From: Nostoc sp. DedSLP01
GTDB lineage: Bacteria; Cyanobacteriota; Cyanobacteriia; Cyanobacteriales; Nostocaceae
Length of the DNA: 64,000 bases
Direction of reading: 5' to 3'
NCBI GenBank assembly: GCA_034530875.2
Contig: JAVRCJ020000011.1
Coordinates: 128,001 to 192,000, forward strand
The stretch's first letter is position 1. The number at the start of each line of letters is the position of its first letter. The position numbers and the translations under genes were made by a program. Below, one piece after another: positions 57,301-64,000 of the stretch. A model generated the notes under the pieces. The model was not told the DNA's origin. It searched no databases and saw only the letters and a list, made by a program, of their open reading frames with translations.

Positions 57301-60194
57301 TCGCTATTACCATACTTCAAAGAAATATTCAGCATTAACAAGCTGATTAAATAAGCGAGGTCTTGATTTCCTGCCAAATAAGATGCCGACCATAAAACGG
57401 CTAAAAGCTTCATACAAGCCTTTTGAACTGGGTCTGTCATCTCAGGCAAGGCAAATAAATCTCTTGGATTCACATTTGCCAGATTTGTTTGTAGTTTCTC
57501 AAGTTCGGTGGCGGCTAATGCTTGTATTTCTTCAGGCGTATCAGGCAACTTTAATCCCAAGCTACTCAACCCTTTAATTCCAGCATCAACGCTGGCGTAA
57601 ATATTTTCTCCCTGAGTCATCCGCAATGCCATCAGTAGAACATAAATATCTGCGCGATCGAACACATCACGAGCAGAATTTAAAGCCAAATCAAAGCAAG
57701 CTTCTGATTCCCCAAAATTTCCCACTAAATATTCACATTCTGCTCGTTCTCGATACAAGTTAAAGGTGAGTTTATAGTCAGTTTCCCAACTATTATCTAG
57801 TAGCAATTTCATCCCGACAGTGAAATATTTCACGGCTGCTTTATAAGCGGTAGAAGCTTTAGCTTTCTTACCAGCAATCAGATTCAATTGAGCTAGTTCG
57901 CGTTTTTCTGATTGTTCGGTAATGATATCGATTCCTTGGTTCAACTGGCTGACGATATCAAATATACTGGTTTCTAAAGCTTCAGATAATGTGTTTTTTA
58001 AAATTAGTTTTCCAGTCTTTAAATGAGTTAGCTGTTTATCAGATTCAGGAATCAAAGCGTAAGCAGCTTGTTGAACGCGATCGTGGAGAAATTTATATGC
58101 AACAATCTCAGAACTTTCTTGCCTGACTGCATGATTTACTTCACCAATATAAAATTTATAAACATCACTTTGGGGTAAAATTAATCCTTCCTGCAAAGCG
58201 TTCCACAAATAAGTAGCAGTTTCTATTTCTGATTGTTCGGAAACAATAGCTAGTGTTTTTAAATCAAATTTATTACCAATACAAGCAGCCAGTTTGAGGA
58301 CATGTTGAGTTGATTGAGGCAGCTTGCGCAATTGAAATTCCATGAACTCTACGACATCATCTGTCAGCGCTTGCTGATTAATTTGTGTAATGTCACATTG
58401 CCAATATCCTTCTAATGAATTAAATTCAATTAAGCCATCTTGGTATAATGCTTTGAGAAACTGGGTAGCAAAAAATGGGTTACCTTGGGTTTTTTGATAA
58501 ATTAGTTGTGAAAGAGACCATGCTAACTCTTCTACACAACCCAATGTGTCAGCTACTAACTGATTGAGTTTTAAATAACTGAGGTTTTGCAAAATAATGG
58601 TATTAATTGTGGCATTTTTTTTAGTAATCTTTTCTAAAGTTAACATCAATGGATGTGCGGGTATAACTTCATTATCTCTATATGCACCAATTAATAACAA
58701 ATAACCATTATTATTATCATTCATTAATAACTCTATAAGTTTTAAAGAAGCAGAGTCAGCCCATTGTAAATCGTCTAAAAACATTACTAAGGGATGGTCT
58801 TTAGTAGTAAATATTTGGATAAATTTTTGTAGTAATAAGTTAAATCGATTTTCAGCAGCACTACCGGATAATTCTGGTACTGGCGGTTGCTGACCAATAA
58901 TCATTTCTAATTCAGGAATCACCTCAACAATTACTTGGGCATTTTCGCCTAAAGCGGTAATAATTTTAGTTTTCCAATGTTGAATTACTATGTCTGCTTC
59001 CGTTAACAATTGTTCCATTAAATTGCGGAATGCTTGGACAAATGCTGAGAAAGGAATATTACGATTGAATTGGTCAAATTTTCCTTTAATAAAGTAACCG
59101 CGTTGTTTGACTATTGGTTTATGTACTTCATTAACAACTGCGGTTTTACCAATTCCCGAAAATCCTGCTATTAGCATTAATTCTGATGCACCATTAGCAA
59201 CCCTTTCAAAAGCATCTAGTAATGTATGGACTTCTTGCTCCCGTCCATAGAGCTTTTCTGGAATTATAAAACGCTCTTGAATATCTCTTTTACCGATTTC
59301 AAAGACTGGGATTTCTCCTGTCTGTTGTAAGCTTTGCCAACAAGTTTCCAAATCATATTTTAATCCCAAAGCACTTTGATAGCGTTCTTCAGCATTTTTA
59401 GCCATTAGTTTGGCGATAATTTCTGAAATTATCAGTGGAATATCAGGATTGATTTGATGAGGTGGTGTTGCTTGTTTTGCTAGATGAGCGTGAACTAACT
59501 CTATTGGATCGTCTGATTGAAAGGGTAATTGTCCAGTCAAGATTTCATAAAAAGTCACACCAAGGGAGTACAAATCTGTCCGATAGTCAACTCCTCTGTT
59601 CATGCGTCCAGTTTGTTCGGGAGATAAATAAGCTAGAGTTCCTTCTAAAACATTAAAACTTTGGATTTCTTGTACTTCTCGCGGTAATAAAGAGGCGATA
59701 CTAAAATCTATGAGTTTTATTTGTTTTGTTTCTGGATTAATTAAAATATTTGCTGGTTTAATATCTTTATGAATGACGCGTAGGTGTAGCCCACCGCAGG
59801 TATCGCTATGCATTTGGTTTATGATATCTGCAATCGGAATGGCAACTTGGAGAAAATTTGCGATCGCTTGCGTATTTCTCTGCTCTATTCCCCATTCTTT
59901 CAAAGAGATTCCGCCAAAATCCTCCATAATTAGAGCGTAACCGTTATGGTAGGTTTCCAAGCTGTAAGGTGCGATCGCACCAGGTAGGTTGAGATTTTTG
60001 GCAATGACGTACTGGTTACGAAATTGTAAAAGTTCGTGAAAGCTAGGGTATTCCAAACGCATCAGCTTAATTGCTACGGGTTTTTGGTCTTGCTCCCTTA
60101 TCCCTCGGTAAACTAGCGTCCGCGTACCAGAATAAATTTGGTCTTTGATACTATAACCAGGGAGCTGAACCTCAAATATGCTGACCATAACCAC
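54318..60194 (-). CDS. HstK-family hybrid kinase (Ser/Thr kinase-AAA-GAF-PAS-His kinase)
   Basis: HKDIKPAN, PEQTGRMNR, GFSGIGKT, LDDLQWAD, GAF segment ILYLEN, AHEINNP and GTGLGL motifs. Confidence 0.93.
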   Translation of the reverse strand: MVMVSIFEVQLPGYSIKDQIYSGTRTLVYRGIREQDQKPVAIKLMRLEYPSFHELLQFRNQYVIAKNLNLPGAIAPYSLETYHNGYALIMEDFGGISLKEWGIEQRNTQAIANFLQVAIPIADIINQMHSDTCGGLHLRVIHKDIKPANILINPETKQIKLIDFSIASLLPREVQEIQSFNVLEGTLAYLSPEQTGRMNRGVDYRTDLYSLGVTFYEILTGQLPFQSDDPIELVHAHLAKQATPPHQINPDIPLIISEIIAKLMAKNAEERYQSALGLKYDLETCWQSLQQTGEIPVFEIGKRDIQERFIIPEKLYGREQEVHTLLDAFERVANGASELMLIAGFSGIGKTAVVNEVHKPIVKQRGYFIKGKFDQFNRNIPFSAFVQAFRNLMEQLLTEADIVIQHWKTKIITALGENAQVIVEVIPELEMIIGQQPPVPELSGSAAENRFNLLLQKFIQIFTTKDHPLVMFLDDLQWADSASLKLIELLMNDNNNGYLLLIGAYRDNEVIPAHPLMLTLEKITKKNATINTIILQNLSYLKLNQLVADTLGCVEELAWSLSQLIYQKTQGNPFFATQFLKALYQDGLIEFNSLEGYWQCDITQINQQALTDDVVEFMEFQLRKLPQSTQHVLKLAACIGNKFDLKTLAIVSEQSEIETATYLWNALQEGLILPQSDVYKFYIGEVNHAVRQESSEIVAYKFLHDRVQQAAYALIPESDKQLTHLKTGKLILKNTLSEALETSIFDIVSQLNQGIDIITEQSEKRELAQLNLIAGKKAKASTAYKAAVKYFTVGMKLLLDNSWETDYKLTFNLYRERAECEYLVGNFGESEACFDLALNSARDVFDRADIYVLLMALRMTQGENIYASVDAGIKGLSSLGLKLPDTPEEIQALAATELEKLQTNLANVNPRDLFALPEMTDPVQKACMKLLAVLWSASYLAGNQDLAYLISLLMLNISLKYGNSETSSVAYDLYGINLADRGEYQTAYEFGELSLKVAHHFNNLQILPKNINHFGHAINPYIRHLKTNLPLYQQSFQISYDTGNLLYGVWAVIFTIWTMLIKGDRLSDIYLETDKYLNYVEQVNDTNMLYTFILQRKFIASLENLSETKKSFDYENNENISYIDIFQKNNFAIGISWYCILKLQLLYLQADYHEAVQIILEVEKRQATNLGFFPTTQYHFYYPLCLTALYATATPEEKQQYCNLLEKHQQILEKLADNCPENFLHRYLLLSAEIVKISGKGIEAIDLYDRAIALAKANEYLQEEAIANELAAKFYLEWGKDKVAAGYMQEAYYCYARWGALAKVDNLEKLYPQLLQPILLQRKLSLNPLETIANIGLTRSSSSNGTSSSTNNISDVLDFTSILKAAQAISSSIELDRLIVSLTRIILENSGAKKTVLILPQGDSWQVRAITYIDREANSGCEIKTILETQPIETCLDIPKQLIYYVKNTQETVAIDNLQSDISGLMSEYMQLVKPKSALCMPILNQGHLVGILYLENKLTQGVFTSDRRLILNFLCTQAGISLDNAQLYCDLQASKTLLHKLANNIPGVIYQLCLSKDGVASMPYISSGCYQLYGIPAEEFLSENSYQSLRGLEHPEDSAQVEKLIMESAQNLTTFQHEWRIITPTGQLKWIQAVSQPEAQEDGSLVWDGVLLDITERKQAEAIVQQKSQELEQALQNLQQAQLQIVQNEKMSALGNLVAGVAHEINNPVGFINGNIQPAYEGVQDLFNLLDCYQEKFPQPGEEIEAEIENIDLEYLRSDLPKLISSMKEGVHRIREISNSLRTFSRADSDYKVPFNIHDGLDSTILILKHRLKANDSHPAIEIVKNYGNFPQIECFPGQLNQVFMNLLANAIDALEESNIGRSFAEIQANPNIIVITTKLSDDSKQVNISIKDNGMGMTQEVKQKIFDHLYTTKMVGKGTGLGLAIARQIIVEKHGGTLEVNSALNQGAEFIITLPR
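59778..59806 (-). mobile_element. SDR5-type 21-nt element in a HIP1 site, in frame within the kinase domain
   Basis: Minus strand GCGAT-[ACCTGCGGTGGGCTACACCTA]-CGC. Confidence 0.85.
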
Positions 60195-60315
60195 TATCTC
60201 TTACTAACCTGGAGTTAGTGTTCCCAGTCTGCATTGCAGATTTGCAACGTCGGTGAATGCTAGATTAAAAGGGGATTAGATTTTCTGATTTCCCCCTTAA
60301 ACGTAAATCAAATTC

Positions 60316-60888
60316 TTAGCTTTCGTTGCAAAGCTGTTGAATTACTCTGGAAAACTCTTGCGTCAGAACGTCTGAGCCACTTGCATTATAGATTTGCTGT
60401 AACTGTTGATAAAACCATAAAGTTCCTTCTTTGCCAGTTTTAAATTCTTTCCAAATACTGCTGCCATGTTGTCGGATGTCTGCCAACAATGACCTTGCAT
60501 TGTGCAGTTTATCCGCCAAAGATACGCGCCGGACTGAGGCTGAGGCATGACGCAGATTCTCCAAATACCTTTTCTTGCGTTCTGACCAAGGTGGTTTCGG
60601 GTAAGTGTCGGATTCAGTACAGCCATCAACTATTGCAACGACTGTCTCACCAAAGCGCTGGCGTATTTCCTCGCGAGTGGATTTGCCTCCTTGGTCTTCG
60701 ACTGCATCGTGCAATAGACCGGCGATCGCTTCTTCTTCAGTGCCGCCAGCTTCGAGTACAAGTGCTGCCACACTCAATAAGTGAGCGATGTAAGGAACGC
60801 CGCTAATCTTGCGCGTTTGATTGGTATGAAGACGAGTTGCATAGACCAAGGCTTCTTCAAATTTTGGTGTTAACTGTAGTCTATTCAT
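60316..60888 (-). CDS. HD-domain small alarmone hydrolase-like protein (SpoT-HD/Mesh1 type)
   Basis: H..QTRK..PYIAH, LLHDAVED and LADKLHN motifs; no synthetase domain. Confidence 0.85.
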   Translation of the reverse strand: MNRLQLTPKFEEALVYATRLHTNQTRKISGVPYIAHLLSVAALVLEAGGTEEEAIAGLLHDAVEDQGGKSTREEIRQRFGETVVAIVDGCTESDTYPKPPWSERKKRYLENLRHASASVRRVSLADKLHNARSLLADIRQHGSSIWKEFKTGKEGTLWFYQQLQQIYNASGSDVLTQEFSRVIQQLCNES

Positions 60889-61098
60889 AGGAAAAATCAG
60901 AAGTTTGATTGATGGTAAAGCTGAAATTCTTTGGCGACATCAGCGGCAATACTTTGTCTTAGTTCGTAAGGAAAGAGAACTTCACGAGTTATACCAAACA
61001 ATCTTTTCTTTAAATTTGCTGAAGATGCTGGCGATCGCGGGTAAGTGTCCAGATTTGACCATTGATTAGACCAAGCTTTTTTAGAATTTATTTAAACG

Positions 61099-63120
61099 CT
61101 AAATTCTGAGCCATTTCAGGACATGAGGATCTTTGTCATAGCGGTAGGTAAAGCCGTCTCTAGCGGCAATAGTCTCTCCTTTGCTTGCTTTACTCCTAAT
61201 AGTCTTAATAGTATAGGAAGTTAATTCGCTCATTTCCTTGTGAGAAAGACCTTCGATGAGAGTTTTTTCAATCGATGTTGCTGATTGATTTTGATATTCA
61301 TTATTAGGTAAGCTGTCTGTAGTAACGCTAGTAGTTTCAGTTGAGTTTTGGGCACTTATTTTTTGGTTTCGATAATCTTGAATGCTCAGAAGTTGCCAAC
61401 TAGAATCTTGTGAAAGTTCTAAAACCCATTGATGATAATCAAATAAGCTTTCTCTATGCCCTACACTAATAAATGTTGTTTTTGTTTCTTGTAATTGTTG
61501 ATATAAATTTCCTTCATTTCTCAAATCTAAGGCACTTGTTGCTTCATCTAATATGGTGAATCTGGGATGAGTCACTAACAAGCGTGCGAAAGCTAGACGT
61601 TGTTGTTCTCCTAGCGATAGTATGTTTTCCCAAGGAACTTCTGTATCAAAACCTTCAATTCGACTTAGTAAGTTTTGCAGGTTTACTTGTTGCAAAACAT
61701 TTTTCACTTCTGCGTCGGTCATTTGCCGATTTGTATTAGGATAAAGTAACTGTTCGCGCAGAGTTCCCAAAATGATGTAAGGACGTTGGGGTAAGAATAA
61801 GACTTCTTCTAAAGGAGGTCGCACTAAACGACCAGTCCCCGCATTCCATAAACCCGCGATCGCTCTTAATAATGAACTTTTACCTCGACCACTAGGCCCT
61901 ACAATTAATAAACCCTCTCCCGGCTGAACAGAAAGCGACAAATCTTCGACAATTACCTGTTCATAATCAGGTGTTTGTAAAGTAACATGCTCAAAAGCCA
62001 GTTGCCTTTCTTCTATTGTTTTAATCGTACTGACATTTTCAGGTTGTTTAGTTACTGCTTCTAGAGCATTCGACAGTTCAACTAAACGCTCAACATAACT
62101 AGAAAATCGTCCTGAAGTCGCAAATTCTCTGATTATTTCCGCCAGAGCTGTAGCAAATAGACTACAAGCTAAACTAGCTTGGGAAATTTCTCCAAATTGC
62201 ATTTCACCTTTAATCTGTAAAGGGCCAAATACTATATATGGAAATATTTGAATAATCGCTTGATACCCTCTGTTAAAAATATCTTGAGTTACTTCCCAAT
62301 TAATCTTGCGTTTAGCACTTTTAAGAATATTATTGAATTTTTGTAGTACTATATTTAATTCTTGTTTCTCTCCTCGAAAGAAAGCTATTGATTCAGCATG
62401 ATTACGAACATGATTTACGCTATAATTATAGTCGCCTTGATGTTCGAGTTCTTCTTGTTTAATTTTATTTAATTCTTGAGCTAAATAAACAGCAATGAAA
62501 TTCCCTATTACTGTATAAATAACTAATACAACTGCCACAAAATGAGAAAGCGACCAAAGAATTACTAAAAAAGTAATCATTTCCAGCACTTTTTCTAAGA
62601 AAGTAGCCGAAAAAGAGAGAGCATCTCTAGTCAAAGGTTCTATTTCTTGGGTTATTCTTTGATCTGGATTATCAATATCAGATTTAAAATTAATTTTATA
62701 ATAGGCACGATTACTCAAATATTTATCTACAATTCGATTGTTTAGCCATTGATACCAATTAAGAGCGATTTGTTTTCTAACAAATCTAGAAAATCCTAAT
62801 AATATCGTTACGCAGACAAGAGCAACACCATAAAGTATTAATGTCTGATTAAATTTCTGCAAATCTCGATCTTCAGTAATGATATCTAGCAAATAGCGGC
62901 TAACAAAGCTATTAAACGCAGTTACACCGACGAGCATTATTATTAATAATACCAGGAGAAAAAGCATTCCCCATGTACGAATTACATCTGAAAATGGTCT
63001 GGCGTTTGCCTCAGTAGGATACAAGAAAGGCCCGATAATCGCTCTGACATTCCCCCAAAAATCCTTACCAGGTGAAGAATCATTTTTTGACGATTTACCA
63101 ATAAAACTTGTAGCTTGCAT
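61099..63120 (-). CDS. ABCD/YddA-type fused permease-ATPase exporter (NosG/McyH/AptF-like)
   Basis: DNPDQRI, AESIAFFRGE (EAA-like), GPSGRGKSS, LSLGEQQR and LDEATSALD motifs. Confidence 0.88.
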   Translation of the reverse strand: MQATSFIGKSSKNDSSPGKDFWGNVRAIIGPFLYPTEANARPFSDVIRTWGMLFLLVLLIIMLVGVTAFNSFVSRYLLDIITEDRDLQKFNQTLILYGVALVCVTILLGFSRFVRKQIALNWYQWLNNRIVDKYLSNRAYYKINFKSDIDNPDQRITQEIEPLTRDALSFSATFLEKVLEMITFLVILWSLSHFVAVVLVIYTVIGNFIAVYLAQELNKIKQEELEHQGDYNYSVNHVRNHAESIAFFRGEKQELNIVLQKFNNILKSAKRKINWEVTQDIFNRGYQAIIQIFPYIVFGPLQIKGEMQFGEISQASLACSLFATALAEIIREFATSGRFSSYVERLVELSNALEAVTKQPENVSTIKTIEERQLAFEHVTLQTPDYEQVIVEDLSLSVQPGEGLLIVGPSGRGKSSLLRAIAGLWNAGTGRLVRPPLEEVLFLPQRPYIILGTLREQLLYPNTNRQMTDAEVKNVLQQVNLQNLLSRIEGFDTEVPWENILSLGEQQRLAFARLLVTHPRFTILDEATSALDLRNEGNLYQQLQETKTTFISVGHRESLFDYHQWVLELSQDSSWQLLSIQDYRNQKISAQNSTETTSVTTDSLPNNEYQNQSATSIEKTLIEGLSHKEMSELTSYTIKTIRSKASKGETIAARDGFTYRYDKDPHVLKWLRI

Positions 63121-63280
63121 ATCAAAAAAAATATTGTAATATCGTGATTCAGATGGCTAGTCAATAATTAAAGAATAGGAAAAACAAGTCATAATTAATT
63201 GTTATCGTTTATGAAATGATAAAATTTTCTCCTCAGTCTTTAATTTACTTGAATAGGAAATTGTAAATTTTCCTAATTTC

Positions 63281-64000
63281 CTATTCAAAGATACCATCCT
63301 CCCATAATTCTAAAACTTCTTGAGCAGTAAAATAACGTTCTTTTTCAGTAGCTAGCAATTTGATAACAGAACGCATCTTTTCATAGTGCTTTCTGGGTTG
63401 AGGATTGTGCAGTTGCTTTTCAAATAGATATTGAAAATTACTAACTCCACTCCATTTGCCAAATACAACATCTATCTTGTTATAAGGAAATATTGCATAA
63501 CTTTTGGGGTCACGCAACAAAGAATTGACATGAATACCTGATTCGTGGCGTTGTGCAGTTTGAGAGTAAGGAGGGGCGGGGCGAATCCCCATTTGCTCGA
63601 TGTAATTAGTTACTGCTGCGATCGCATCATAGTCGATCCCCTCTACTTCAATCCCGAAACGGACTCGCAAACCATTTAAAACTTGCTCGATCGCCACATT
63701 TCCGGCTCGTTCTCCCAAACCACAAAATGTCCCCGATACTAAAGTCGCCCCAGCCATGAGAGACTGGAGAGTATTTTCTAAAGCTAAGCCCATATCGTTG
63801 TGATAATGTACTCCCAATACGACCCCTGCGGTAGATTGGAGCAAGTCGTTAATCCAGATATAACTCTTTTCTGGAGTCAGAACCCCTACCGTATCACACA
63901 GTAGAAAGTGTTCGATATAAGGACTGCATGAGCGAATACATTGCACCAAATAGTCATAATCGGCTCTAGAAGCATCCTCAGCCGCAAAATCTACTCTCAA
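63281..64000 (-). CDS. Isopropylmalate/homocitrate synthase-family enzyme (possible benzylmalate synthase HphA/AptE); 5' part outside the window
   Basis: DTVG, HYHNDMG, GLGERAGN and HESGIH motifs; lacks the LeuA C-terminal regulatory domain. Confidence 0.8.
   Translation of the reverse strand: MRVDFAAEDASRADYDYLVQCIRSCSPYIEHFLLCDTVGVLTPEKSYIWINDLLQSTAGVVLGVHYHNDMGLALENTLQSLMAGATLVSGTFCGLGERAGNVAIEQVLNGLRVRFGIEVEGIDYDAIAAVTNYIEQMGIRPAPPYSQTAQRHESGIHVNSLLRDPKSYAIFPYNKIDVVFGKWSGVSNFQYLFEKQLHNPQPRKHYEKMRSVIKLLATEKERYFTAQEVLELWEDGIFE

Noticed and set aside
60982..61062. Short ORF (about 26 aa) between the ABC exporter and HD gene as a possible precursor peptide
   Set aside because: No leader or core features and no modifying enzymes adjacent.
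1..64000. Very frequent GCGATCGC octamer
   Set aside because: HIP1, a well-known genome-wide cyanobacterial feature and not specific to this locus.

Overview
Chromosomal window from a heterocyst-forming (Nostocales-type) cyanobacterium, judged from abundant HIP1 (GCGATCGC) sites, heptamer STRR repeats, xisI, hik33/nblS and an HstK-type kinase. From left to right it holds: an 8-gene minus-strand sugar-oxidation cluster (GMC flavoprotein, small subunit, ferritin-like protein, pentapeptide protein, signal-peptide IolE-like protein, SnoaL-like protein, epimerase-like TIM barrel, copper-radical oxidase running off the edge); GNAT and murF; a TetR-controlled YbhGFSR-type ABC exporter; thrC; an SLH/OprB-type porin; a second threonine-synthase paralog with MoaD/ThiS behind an IscR/Rrf2-like operator; a 4-gene secreted DUF11/outer-membrane-barrel cluster; a RAYT transposase with REP palindromes; miaB; a GT2; an HsdR_N-ParA plus ParB-like pair; hik33, xisI, purD; an epimerase; a large membrane protein; a Ser/Thr-His hybrid kinase; an HD hydrolase; and an ABCD-type exporter with a LeuA/HphA-like gene, probably the edge of a peptide biosynthetic cluster. 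The best novel-system candidate is the DUF11 cluster (29509-38616). Its proteins look circularly permuted, with an N-terminal Asn-bearing donor strand and a C-terminal Ig domain lacking that strand, which suggests a donor-strand-complemented, possibly isopeptide-crosslinked surface filament with its own outer-membrane platform. All calls come from motif recognition by eye; no searches were run.
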